A stretch of 63,658 nt of DNA, filler included, from Syncephalis fuscata S228 (taxonomy: Eukaryota > Fungi > Zoopagomycota), in the NCBI GenBank assembly GCA_025786725.1. It is 4 parts of 4 records of this genome, joined end to end, with 100 filler letters (N's around TTAATTAATTAA, not from the genome) between each part and the next. Parts side by side here need not be neighbours in the genome. Positions count along the whole stretch, not along the records: positions 1 to 29,889 come from JAHLTZ010000090.1; 3 more parts are not named here. The stretch is one strand, 5' to 3'. Position numbers and translations under genes: made by a program. Below are positions 1 to 12,194 of this stretch, in pieces; position 1 is the stretch's first letter, and each line of letters begins with the position of its first letter. The notes under the pieces are model-generated. The model did not search any database and was not told the origin of the DNA. It was given only the letters and a program-made list of their open reading frames with translations.

Positions 1-1414
1 TGCTGCTATTGAAGACCAACGAGCGGCTATGCTTTGGGTAAAGCGAAATATTCGTGCTTTTGGCGGTGATCCCGATAACATTACACTATTCGGTTTTAGC
101 TCAGGTGCAACCTCGGTCGGTATTCATTTGACCTCACCGAGAACACCGCCCAATCTATTTAAAAATGCTATTATGCAATCGAATCCGTTTGGCATTCGAA
201 TGCGTAGTAAAGAACAAATCCGTGCCTCAAGTGTCGAGCTAGCAGAGCTTGTGGGTTGCAAAAATAGCGACGGCAAAGTTGATATGGCTTGCATGCGAAG
301 CAAGCCATGGAATACTATCATTGATGCCATGGGGCATGCGCCAGATGGAAAGCAAGTTGGAACTTCTCCGTTGTCGGATCCATTTGCATGGTGGGCCTCC
401 ATTGACGGCTACAATGTTGTTGAAAATCCACGTACAGCATTCCAAAACGGACATTTCAACAAAAATGTCCCAGTAATTTTGGGAAATACACAGTAAGTAA
501 TAGTAACAATACTTTAATTCAGTATAATCCATTTGGATACTAACTTATTAATTTATCAACTAATAAGGGACGAACTTGGTTTTTGGGTATTACAAATGTT
601 ATACAAGCCTGGTTCACCTGGCGCAGCCAAATTATTTGGTTTGAATGGTTACGAAAAACAAATGGAAACCATATTTAAAAACACTACAGCTGAAGTAAGT
701 ATCATCCACTAGTTATTGACCATGTTATTAACAACAACTAAAGGTTAGAAACCAGTATCCAATTGATGTCGATGTGAATAAAAACATAGACAGCTACATC
801 AGACTCGGTACTGACTACGAGTTTTTGTGTCCGAGTGATGACGTAAGTTGAAGTATATATGTATTTGCCGTTGTATAGGATGCTAAACTTTACTTTAGGT
901 GGCCAAAGCTATCACACGTCACGGTGGCCAGGCCTATGTTTATTATTTTTCACAAGCAGGAATATTCCCGCCCATTGGTTAGTAATGTTACATTATTATA
1001 ATCAGCTATAACTAACTTTATGTACAGGTGTTTGTAGGGGTCGCACATGCCACTCTGTTGACTTAACGTATACGTGGCGTGCGCCATTCTATTTCTTTAT
1101 GAGCAAAAAACAAGAGCGTCTTTCTGACCATTGGATTTCTTATTACACGAATTTCGCCACTACTGGCAATCCAAATAAAGGACCAAGCATCGAGGTAGAC
1201 ATGGAAGATCCGGAGTTTAAATCGCTATTGCCAACCTGGCCAGCATATAGCATTAATGAGCCACTCTATCAACATCTTGCTGATACTGTGCAGCCTATAT
1301 CGCCGCCACATCAAAAATCTTGTGCTTTTTGGGTAAGTAATAAATGCAACACATGCTTATAAGCTATATTTAACATTATAATGCACGCAGAACCAAGTTG
1401 GCTACCGATTTTAA
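1..1414 (+). CDS. Type-B carboxylesterase / cholinesterase-like alpha/beta hydrolase, multi-exon, 5' end outside window
   Basis: WVKRNIRAFGGDPDNITLFGFSSG (GxSxG nucleophile elbow), VILGNT, YYTNFATTGNPN and WPAYS motifs. GT-AG introns. Last exon 1391-1414 ends in TAA. Confidence 0.9.
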
Positions 1415-2172
1415 AGACAAAGATGACGGGTACTATTGCAAGGAATTCTAATAATGACAATACCAAATAGGTGCCGATGCATTTTAACTAACTAGAGCCA
1501 CCTTATAATGGCATTAATAGGATCCTAGAATTATTATTCTTTTTAAGTGACAATCATATCATTTTAGCATGTAATGGTATGAATAATTGTAATGCATGAA
1601 ATAAAGTAAATTTTACTACAACATCAGTGACAAGCTGTTTAATATACCCAGTGCTGTTTGTTTGTTTGTTTCCTATATATGCTCGGTACTGTTTGTAAAA
1701 ACGCATTGTTTAAAGCAATTACCATTTCCATCCAACATAAAAGCACGTGTATATAGCGAAATGATGGTGAATAACCAACCACGTTTGTACCACTTGTATC
1801 CGACAACAAAGGTATACGCCGGTAATGTTATGACTGAAAATAGCAAGATTATCCTTTTGCCCGAGCTCTTTACCATGCGAGATCAAGTCAATGATTTGCA
1901 TTTGGATGCATTTGGAAAATGTATAAACTGCTATATAAAAATGATCTTAGAAGCAGCATCAATCTGTATGGAAGGACATATACCTGTTATCATGCATGAG
2001 CCAGCATTACGGCACTACTCAAATACTCGGCTTTTTTTTCAGCTCCGTGTATTAGCCATTTTAAATTTCTATTCTCGTAAAGTTCATATATCATTTATAT
2101 ATATATTATTGCTGTTTTATTAGTACAATTTACGCTGTAAATCTAACAATTTTATACGAAACTATAATCTAA

Positions 2173-3180
2173 ATGGCGGACTTGAAAGAAGAATGGAAGC
2201 AAAACGCCACTAGTATATTAGGAATTCGACTCCATCCATTGGGCGAAATATCCTTGCCAGACTTCGTCCTAGAGTCGGCAGACGATCGGGAGTTGACGCA
2301 TATAAAGCTGACTGGTATTTACCGCCAGCTTATATTTAATTTGCTCGCAGCACATTTGTTTGTATACAATTCTTGTCTTGCTTTTAAGATGATACTGGCT
2401 CAGCGACGCTCTTTTCCCGGATGGCTTTGCTTAATTCCTGCGGTGATGGGGATGGGAGCGGGTCTTTTAGCGGCACTATCCATATTTCCTACTGGGCTGA
2501 ATTGCCGCAAAATATCATGGTATGTTGGTGTGGCCATGATCGCATCGGTGTTTTGCAATAATCTCCTTGTATTGCAAAAAGCCTACCTGGTGCTATGTCG
2601 GAAACGCTGGGTATTGGTAATTGGGCTAGGATGTAGCGTACCACAATTACTTCCTATGTACTTTGGATGGGCTTCTAGTCCCGTCACCATCAAGGCTGAC
2701 ACCGGATGTATTGTCCACTACTCGTATCAGTTTCCCTGGTACTGGTTTGGATTAACAGCACCTATCAATGCATTCTTCTCTGCTATATTTGCCCATGTGG
2801 CATATAAACAATATCGCACATTTGGATCTGATGCATGGAAGCGTTTAACGCGCGATGGTATTCGAACGATGTGTCTTGTAGTGCTGTGCAACATTTTCTG
2901 CGCTACTGGAATTATTATAAAACTAGGTGGCATGTTTTCAGAAATGTTTTTACTTGTCGATTGGTGAGTGGTAAATAATTATACTAATTAAATAGCTAAT
3001 ATAAAACATAGGCTTTTTACGTCAACTATTCTTGTAAATCATTGCTATAGTATGCGCAAAGCAATTGCACTGTCGAATCGCCCGAAAACCGAGAATATGT
3101 TGCGCATAACTATTAACGGCGGAGAAAATCGGCCCAGCGACGAGCATACATTTATCAATCATTCGGCGCAAACACGCTAA
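2173..3180 (+). CDS. Lineage-expanded multi-pass (7TM/GPCR-like) membrane protein
   Basis: About 7 hydrophobic segments. Intron 2964-3011 splits a W codon and exon 2 runs open to TAA at 3180. Clear paralog at 10603 shares LQKAY, GC..HY, YKQY..FG..AWKRL..DG and the intron position. Confidence 0.8.
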
Positions 3181-3370
3181 AAAGCATAATCCGATTAATC
3201 AAAAACGACTTGGCTAATCGTCGAATATGTTTTATATGATAATAATATCTAAAAAACACCATGCATTAGATGTATATGTACATAATAAATTATTTATTTT
3301 GTTATTCTGCCAATATTTGATATCAGTGTTAATTCTATTCGGCCCGAAATTACTGGTTGGTTAACTATCA

Positions 3371-4224
3371 CTTTGACTCCCACATTTTGCGTTTCAAAGC
3401 AGCAAATCATTTTACACAATCAATTGTAGTGATTTAAATAGTTGACGAGTTGATTAGATTAATTGTGGTTAAATGATCATTTACAATAAATATTAACGTA
3501 ATGTAATAATATTATCATTTCCATAGAATAGAATTGATTGTAACAGAACATTGTATCAGCAATAATATTAAACATTTAAATAAAAAATGTAACATACTAT
3601 TTGATTTCATTGAAGTTCACAAGGCCTATCATTATTGTTGTTGGCCATGCGTAGAAATATTAATCAAATATTAATAAAAGCCATTGATCGCAATTCCATG
3701 TCGTTTTGCAGTTGTTGTTGTTGTTACTACGTACAGTGTGGCTTTTTTGAATCTAACTGCTTTTTTTATTTTCTAATATTCTACTGTTGCACTTTGGACA
3801 TATTTGCGATGTAAAATACTCGTCTATGGTGGCAAAAAAATAGGAAGACTAGCGTTTCTGATGTTCACCATTGTCATGAGATTCTTGGTATTAACTTGGT
3901 AGATGCAAATTATTTGCCGACCATCGATAAAGCAAATGACCTCCACCATATGCAATAGTGATAGGCTGAGTGTTCACACCAGGAAGATCTTGTGGCGACG
4001 GTTATAGCCAGAATATACGGCATACCGTTGAGGTTACTTGAACAGGTGTTGATGTAAAATAAGATAAATAAAGAGATTGATAATGTTTTTTATTGATGTT
4101 CAAATATGCATGCTATCCATATTGGTATAGTTGGTATTATCACATAATATATTACTGAATAAAAAAATAAGATAGCAATAAGAAAAGGTGGTGAAATGAG
4201 TAAATAAAAATGTGGAAGTCAAAG
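3371..4224 (-). mobile_element. Non-autonomous TIR element carrying a decayed Fanzor/TnpB C-terminal fragment (copy 1)
   Basis: Inverted termini CTTTGACTCCCACATTTT (3371) and AAAATGTGGAAGTCAAAG followed by TA (4224). Minus-strand translation with stops and shifts: PITIAYGGG...ATIDEYFTSQICPKCNSRILEN...CKTTWNCD.MAFINI*LIFLRMANNNNDRP, resembling RuvC-II DE, Zn ribbon and RuvC-III WNRD. Confidence 0.72.
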
Positions 4225-5299
4225 TAAAAATGATTTGATCATGTAAACATTACGCGCTCAATCCAATGTTTTGTTTTATTGTAATATATAGCTATAATCT
4301 TTTATTAATGACTAATAAATAAATAAATCTGTTTTTCTATTATTGCAATAATGTATAATATCAGCTGCTTACTCTGATAGATGATTAAATTAAGCTTTGT
4401 AATACTTGGTTTAGTCTGTGGTCGTATAAATATAAGTATATATGGTTACAATGGAGTGTAAATATTCATCCGTACAAACAACCAGCATTATAAATTATAA
4501 TGACAATAATAAGCTATTTAACTACTAAACTCGCTAATTCAATTTTATTTACATCTATCTGTTTTCTGTGTGTTATTTTGGTTTAACGTTGCTGCTGTTC
4601 TGGTCGCATCAGCAACAGCCAACTTTTGATAAATTTAGTCTAGTTTAGCATAGGTATAATAATTTGTTATAAGTTAAACCAGTAAATCTTTAAGCTGCTA
4701 ATTGTTTTTCTATTGGTTTCTGCTTTGGCTTGTTTTTCTACATTCTATCCTGCTTAACTTGTCAAAAGTGGTTTCAGAAATTTAAGCAGCAGTTAGGCCT
4801 TGGATGATTACCAATTGATACGCAATCCATTGACATTATGCATTCAAAATTGCCGATATTGCCGAGCTATTTGATGTGTCTAGTCTAGTTTTGTATATTT
4901 TATTGTATAGAATTTAGCCAATGCAATATATTTTACAGCTGAAAACCGATGACGAAAATAACTTGTTGGAATGTTCCATTGCTCAAAACTCTGCGATGCA
5001 TCATGATACAAACGGCAATTATTGTATAGTTGATTCCGGGTGCTTTAGATTGGTTGTCTTTGACTGCTGGTGGTTGCACAACCTGTTACATGTTGTACCT
5101 GGATGTAATGCATTTGTGAATAAGACAATAATTGCCCCATAACAATGGGCATAGTGTCGAATGAAATGCATACATGTACCAATCAATACATTTTATAATT
5201 TAAGGAATCACAACTGGCTTATGTGTAGCAGTAAAAACCCGTATAAAATACCAGTTTGATACGATAAACTTGTTTTTGTGGCAATGTTGTAAGCTACTT

Positions 5300-5857
5300 G
5301 TATGTATGTAAATATTGGGACCCGAGTTGCTCGGTGGAAGTGACAGCAAATACATCATTATTGTTTTACAAAACCAAACAATATACCTGTTTTTACCAAA
5401 TAGTTAAATTGTGTAACAAAAATACAAGCGAATATGTCTATTTTTATCATATATACTGGATTATGAACACTGTTAAAGTACTCGTGCAAATAAATAAGAG
5501 CTTGAAGTGAAGACCGGGCAGGTTGTGCGCTGTTTAGTATGCATATAGATATTAAGGGCCGAATCGGTAGGAATGGCGGCAAAAATATCATTATTGTTTT
5601 ACAAAACCAAGCAATATGCTTGCTTTTACCAAATAGTTAGACCGTGTAACGAAAATACAGGCGAATATGTCTATTTTTATCATATGTACTGGATTATAAA
5701 CACCGTTGCAGTACTCGTGCAAATAAATAGCAGATTGAAGTAAAGACCGGGCAGGTTATGCACTATTTTGTATGCATGCGGATATTGAAGACCGAGTCAT
5801 TAAGTGGAAGTGACAGCAAAGACATCATTATTGTTTTATAAAGCCAAACAATATAGA
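5300..5857. repeat. Tandem repeat of ~235-bp unit, ~2.3 copies
   Basis: ATCATTATTGTTTTA recurs at ~5355, ~5588 and ~5824. The internal blocks GCGAATATGTCTATTTTTATCATA and GTACTCGTGCAAATAAATA...GACCGGGCAGGTT are duplicated. Confidence 0.9.
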
Positions 5858-5959
5858 TCATTACACTCTACTTCTTGCTAAACACGCACTACTTTCCACT
5901 CTCTACCAGCCACACTTTACGATCTCTTTTATTTGTTTGTCTTACAAATCAATATCATT

Positions 5960-6160
5960 ATGAAGCTTTCTATTGCCGCTGTTTGCACTATTGTCGTAGC
6001 TCTTGTAGCCAGTACAGCTATGGTGGATGCTAAACCAGCCTTAATCCGTCGTGATTACAATAACTGCATGTTTGAATGTCGCATGGGTTGTTCCTATCCT
6101 GATTATGGAATGATTTGCAAAACCGTTTGCGACAGAGAATGCCGCCGTGCTAACCCATAA
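5960..6160 (+). CDS. Intronless small secreted cysteine-rich prepropeptide (66 aa), paralog of the microexon genes
   Basis: MKLSIAAVCTIVVALVASTAMVDA signal + KPALIRR (Kex2-like RR) + DYNNCMFECRMGCSYPDYGMICKTVCDRECRRANP (CX3CX3C-X8-CX3CX3C). Leader, 5' flank and 3' flank are homologous to the genes starting at 19347 and 40832. Confidence 0.88.
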   Translation: MKLSIAAVCTIVVALVASTAMVDAKPALIRRDYNNCMFECRMGCSYPDYGMICKTVCDRECRRANP

Positions 6161-7770
6161 ACCCGTAACCCATAACCATAAAAGGATTAGCATTGGTAGT
6201 GCAATCAAGCCACTATTTCAATACACTTTAGATATATATTCGGTGAAAAGCAAGACCATTTGACAAATACGCTGTCCAGTCTATTTATATATCAAGTTTT
6301 GGCCAATGCTCCGGTTTATCCAGTCTTTAATCAATGGAATCATTGTTTTATCAACAAACTTGCATCCAGTTGTTTCTATTCAACTGTGCAAGCTTATAGT
6401 AATAAACTTATGGTTTCATTTTAACTATATACAATCAAATTGCTATATCTATAACCATGTTTTATTTGCATTCAATAATGACAATTATCAATCAAATAGT
6501 TAAATTAATAACAAAATGTGTATAATTATATCGTCTAAGCTATAGGCATAGATTAGTATGGATAGTAGCAAAGCTATCATTATCATATAGCCCAATAATA
6601 GTATGTTGAAATTAGAATAAAACGCTTTTTAATAAAACACGACAATAAAGCATACAATATTATAAAACAAAATAAATAGACAAGTCAAATGTGTGAATAG
6701 TAATAGCAAAACTATACTGTATGCAATTAGCCAATAGTAATGAACAAAATGAATCAAGATCTGCTAAAAGAATACAGCTAGCAATAAACTTTTAGCTTCT
6801 ATTAATATAATTTCTATAATTTACAATATTAATGATATAGACAGACATATAGTATGTGTATACAAGACAGATATGTACAGTACAACAATAATGATAAATA
6901 AATAGCTTAATAACCAATGACACTCAACAGCCAGTTTCATCTTCAATAAAGCGGATATTTCGTTTAAATGTGTGGCTATTATAGCTATTTAACTGCCAAA
7001 TCACACTAAACAACCAATAGCATGCTCAATATTGTGGAAAAAGTGATCTTTATTTAGTTAATAAAAATATCATAAGATTTGATACAAATCAAGTGGTTTA
7101 AATGATCCGTCATAACACCCTTTTAAGCTTCTTTCGCCATGTCCCACAACTCTTTTAAATTAGAACATTGGAGCGACTACTGCGACATTTAAAATGAACG
7201 TTACAAGTAGATTGTTCTAGTTTATCAATGACAAATGCCATGTTGACGGTTTTATTTTGCACATCTTCACTCTTGCTTGATACACCAACCAATTAATTTA
7301 AGTTGATCAAAGCAATAACACTTTTATGTAATTCGGAAATATTTAATTGCTATATCTGATATCTGGATGCTGTAAACCAATCTAATCTTATTTGTTGGTT
7401 AAATTCAAAATCTAAAAATATTAATTAATTAAATTATTTTTGTTTGCATTACACTTTATTGAATAAATTTAAACTGCTAATGAAACAGCTATTAAAATAA
7501 ATAAAAAACAGTTATTTCAATATTAACTACTAGTCCAATATCATTAGTGTTAATCCTTACATAGCATGTTTTTGTAATGTATTTGAGTTGTATTTGCCAC
7601 AAGTATATTGTTGAAAGTCTTTTAACAAATAAAATACAATTTGCATTGCTGTTGATATTACTATAATCAACTAAATTATGTAAATAAGCAAAATTTTAAA
7701 TTAAAATTTGTTGCATTATTTAAAAAAATCTTATCAGGCATTTTTAGCTTTTTCAAAATTCTCAATTTTA

Positions 7771-8482
7771 CTTTGACTCTTATATTTTGAGTCTTCAAAT
7801 CCAACCTGGTTTTAATTGAAAATATGCTGTTATGTACAAAAAACATAGCCATAGTTTTTCATTTAAAAACTTTAAAATTTATAAGGTCAGTTATTGTTGT
7901 TGTTGGCCATGCGTAGAAATATTAATCAAATATTAATAAAAGCCATTGATTGCAATTCCATGTTGTTTTGCAGTTGTTGTTGTTGTTACTACGTACAGTG
8001 TGGCTTTTTTGAATCTAACTGCTTTTTTTATTTTCTAATATTCTACTGTTGCACTTTGGACATATTTGCAATGTAAAATACTCGTCTATGGTGGCAAAAA
8101 AATAGGAAGACTAGCGTTTCTGATGTTCACCATTGTCATGAAATTCTTGGTATTAACTTGGTAGATGCAAATTATTTACCGACCATCGATAAAGCAAATG
8201 ACCTCCACCATATGCAATAGTGATAGGTTAAGCTTATTTACCAAAGTATACGGCATGCCGTTGATGCCACTTGAACAGGTGTTAATGTAAAATAAGAAAA
8301 ATAAAGACTAGGGATTAAATAATGTTCTTTATTAATATTCAAATACACGTGTTATTTATATTGTTATATTCAACATTATTATATAATATATTACTAAATA
8401 AAATATTTAAAAAAAGATAAGACGATAAGATAGCGATAACAAAAAAATAGTGAAATGAGTAAATAAAAATGGAGTGTCAAAG
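7771..8482 (-). mobile_element. Non-autonomous TIR element with decayed Fanzor/TnpB fragment (copy 2)
   Basis: Near-identical to 3635-3965 over ~7893-8226. Termini TA|CTTTGACTCT (7771) and GTGTCAAAG (8482). Confidence 0.72.
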
Positions 8483-9014
8483 CAAAGTAGCTTTTACTGG
8501 TTAATTGGGCGTCTGCTAGAGCTGTACCGATTTAAAACTATCTTAATGCAATAATTTGCATTTACTAGTGTATTTAATTGGTAATAACCTGTTTACTTGT
8601 ATGTGGCTATTGACGAAAATTTACCCCCCCCCATAATAACGACCCATCAATCAGTTTTTATTACTGAGAATTGCTATTTGTTAAAGCAGTGTCATATCAA
8701 CTCTGATTCAATTAATCAATATTAATTAATCTGCACTATTTTCAATATTTGATATTAGTGTTAATAAATATTATAGTATTTCATGTCACTTACAATAAAA
8801 TATAATAAATAGGTAAATGTTAATTCATATTATTGTTGCTGTGAAGTATTCAAAACATTATAATTTGATTATTTAATGTCACTCACCATTCAGTTCCATG
8901 TTTATTAGAATAACAAATGTGTAGTTCAATCATGTAAAAGATGTCAATTTTAGTCTTTTGATACTTAATCCCATGAGTCTACCAATAAATTACTTAATAT
9001 TAGTGAGCTATTTT

Positions 9015-9620
9015 ACTTTTACTTTCATATTTTCATTTATTCATTTCACACCTCAACACTTTTAAATACAATTAATCATTCATTCATCACTACAACATGT
9101 ATAATATTGCATCCAACATTAATTAATTCATGTTTAATTATTAATACAATAATGTAATTAATTAGTTATCTTTATTATTGCTTTGATATGTATATTGTCA
9201 TTGTGATATTAATTGTTCAAAATGCCATTTATTTAGTCAGATTGGCTATAGGAAAGTGGCTGTTTAATAAACAATATTTATCATAATTATATTAATATTG
9301 ATCTTACATTACAAATATGCCCAAAATGTAATAGTAGAAGATTAGAAAATAGAAGAGACCATTCAAATGCAATAATCCACGCTGTATGTAGCAACAATAA
9401 CAACAAATGCGAAATAACATGAAATCACAATCATATGGCTTTTATTAATATTCTATCAATCTTTCTACACATGGCCAACAACAACGATGATCAACCTCAA
9501 ATATTCCAAAGAAACCAAATGGTATGTTACATTCTTTATTTAATGTTTATATTATTACTAATATAATTTTTTGCTACATTTAATTTTATTTTATGGAAAT
9601 GACATCTAGGAGTCTCAAAA
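9015..9620 (+). mobile_element. Older inverted copy of the same Fanzor-derived element (copy 3)
   Basis: 9011-9052 matches the reverse complement of the 4187-4226 terminus. 9300-9522 translates to LTLQICPKCNSRRLENRRDHSNAIIHAVC...CEIT*NHNHMAFINILSIFLHMANNNDDQPQIFQR. The right boundary is approximate. Confidence 0.65.
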
Positions 9621-10602
9621 CTTCAAAAACCGCAATGGCTAGATTCTGTTTTATAAACTTGATGTTTCATTTGGATAAAGCAGTACAAGTCCACTTTATA
9701 GCTTATCTTTACAAAAATAGCTCCTTGGCGGAAATCAAAAGGTTGTGGCGAGAAACGGTGCACTAAGTGAGGCCGATACAGTACTTTTAATAAGAGAATG
9801 AGAACTTGCAATTGTTTTGCATTTTTTTTATTAAACAGCAGACCATGTGCCAATTAGGAAGAAACTGTCACAAGTACAGTCATTAATAATTGGAAATTGT
9901 TCCATGAACGCGGTGTAGCCTGATAGTTCCACGCTTTCAACTGGGTCCTAGTGCGACTTACTCAACCATTATACTCGACCATGGGCACAACAATACACAA
10001 TATATATCGTCATATACACATTACTGGCGTAGTTGTATATTTAAGTTGCTAGTATGAACGCGCGCAATAGACCAGTAATAGGCGGAATAAAACCTGTATA
10101 AGCAAGTTATTTTCTAGTTAGTGCTAACTGAAGTAGACTGGAATTTCAGGATGCGACCGGATCGAACGAGAAAAAAAACGTGGTTACCTATTAACCAATG
10201 AACCTTACAATAGAATGTAACATGCAGATATAAAACATCATGTTCTGCTTGTGCAAAAGGCCTTGTTTAATGCAGCAATAAATGGCATGCATGCGCCAGC
10301 TCCCTCAGTATGTGTAAACCTGTCAGTGCTAGGCAAGGGCTTTTGCTTCAGCATAGAGTAAACGTAATCCTTTAAGTGAAAAGCCTAGTGTTGATAGATA
10401 GGCTGTTGCGCTGAAGTTTGATATCTACATGCAAGTAAACGGGTTTTTGGCCATGGTGCATTTATGTTCCTATATTATCTGTAGATTTCGAGTCCGCCAT
10501 CCGAATTTACTTAATTTCACCATTTAACTGCCCACCTTTTTTTACCAGCACTGACCACTCAATTTCATACGATTCTGTGTACACATCAAATATACTACAA
10601 TT

Positions 10603-11545
10603 ATGGATATGATCGAAGACCTCGGATACCATTCAGACTGGCGGCACAATGCCACGCGTCAATGGGGTATTCCGCTCCATCCAAGCGGCGAGTTATATTT
10701 GTACGATTACGCAGCCTTAAGAGACGACAGACTGTCCACGCAACAACGACTATTAAGCATTTATTTCGAGTTATCTGTTGATTTAATGATGTCGACTTTG
10801 TTTGCACAAAACTTTTTTAAAGCTGCAGTTATGATTATTAGACAGCCAAACTTTCTTTCCGGATGGTGTTGCATAATTCCCGCCTTTCTTGGAGCTGGCT
10901 GGGGAGTGGGTGTAGTTTTATATCTTCTTGGGCAAACAAGCTGTCGGCCTGTAGTTTGGTTCTTTGTTTTTGCTACTTCAATTTCCAGTATAAGCAACAA
11001 CATAATCATACTGCAAAAAGCCTATATTGCTCTGATCAAGCAGAAGCTAATACTGGGTATTGGCGCTCTGTTTATGATACCGCAAATGGTATTTATGTTT
11101 GTTTTTCTATCCTCCTCCTGGGTCACGACAAATGTTCAAGGAGGCTGTGCCATCCATTATGCTCCCTCAATACCTTACTACTGGTTTGCTTTAAGCATAC
11201 CTATTAACGTCCTATTTTCAACGCTATTTAGTTATGTGGCCTATAAGCAGTACACCACATTTGGAACTAAAGCCTGGAAACGACTGGCGCACGAAGGCAT
11301 ACAAACGATGTGTCTGGTGGTAATTTGTAATATTATTTGTGCAACATGTCTTCTACTTGAAGTAGGAGGCCAATTTGTAGATATGTTTTTTGTCGCAGAC
11401 TGGTAAGTATTTGACAAAATACTATTAGATAATTGCTAATATTAGTAACAGGTTGATTACATCAACTATTTTGGTATATCATTGTAGTACAGCAAGGAAA
11501 AACGTGGTGCGTCAATATCAGTTGGGCGTTGCTAAAACTCACTAA
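10603..11545 (+). CDS. Lineage-expanded multi-pass (7TM/GPCR-like) membrane protein, paralog of 2173-3180
   Basis: Same motifs and same intron in the W codon (11403-11451). Exon 2 ends in TAA at 11545. Confidence 0.8.
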
Positions 11546-12194
11546 TTGCGTCAATAGCAAACAACATAACATTTATACTTTTGTTCTTTATTGGCTTTGC
11601 ACTCGCTATACCGTTATGCTGGCATAGGTATAACAAGTAGCGGCAGGCATATTTTTACTGCACATGCAACTTAGCCGAACTAGCATTAAAAAAAACTGAA
11701 TTATTTATGTAAACATAGTAGATTGTTAAAAACTAGTCTAAATAGTAAAATATTGAACTGGGTGTATAGTCCTGCAATAGAACTGATTTACTTTATGATG
11801 AAAATAAACTGGTATTATATTTTTTTGATAAAATAGTAATTAATATTTTCAAAAACTTTATTGTATTTATATTTATTTATAAATCTTATTTTCTAAAACG
11901 ACGTAAATACTTGGTCAGATACATATGAGATACTAATGTAATCGTGCTATGTGTATAATTTTGTTTAATTCTTTTCTTGGTAATTTAATGCTAGCAATTA
12001 TAATCATTGAATACTATTAACATATGCCACTTTTTAGCAACATTTAAACTTTATCACATATGCAATCCATTATTTAAAGAGCAACAATAAGATAAACGGT
12101 TTATCTTGGTATAATAAAGCTACTACAGCTTGTTACATCACAACAAATTCGCAATAACTGATTGAAATAATCACTGAAACTAACAACATCATAG

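Noticed and set aside
4700-5200. Possible additional decayed transposon coding sequence (also 6900-7400 and 48400-48840)
   Set aside because: Composition is slightly coding-like but I recognised no motif by eye.
6151-6180. TAACCC-like repeats at the stop codon of the intronless peptide gene
   Set aside because: Only 3-4 degenerate units. Local slippage explains them better than a telomeric remnant.
6306-6503. Paralogous-looking ORFs MLRFIQSLINGII... (also 16863-17168)
   Set aside because: They lie in the shared 3' UTR/flank of the peptide family. The similarity is nucleotide-level and the ORF start is not kept in the gene B copy.
9905-9990. GC-richer island with a tRNA A-box-like string on the minus strand (TGGTCGAGT...GGTT...AAG)
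   Set aside because: I could not build a cloverleaf or find a B-box. An Rfam/tRNAscan search would be needed.
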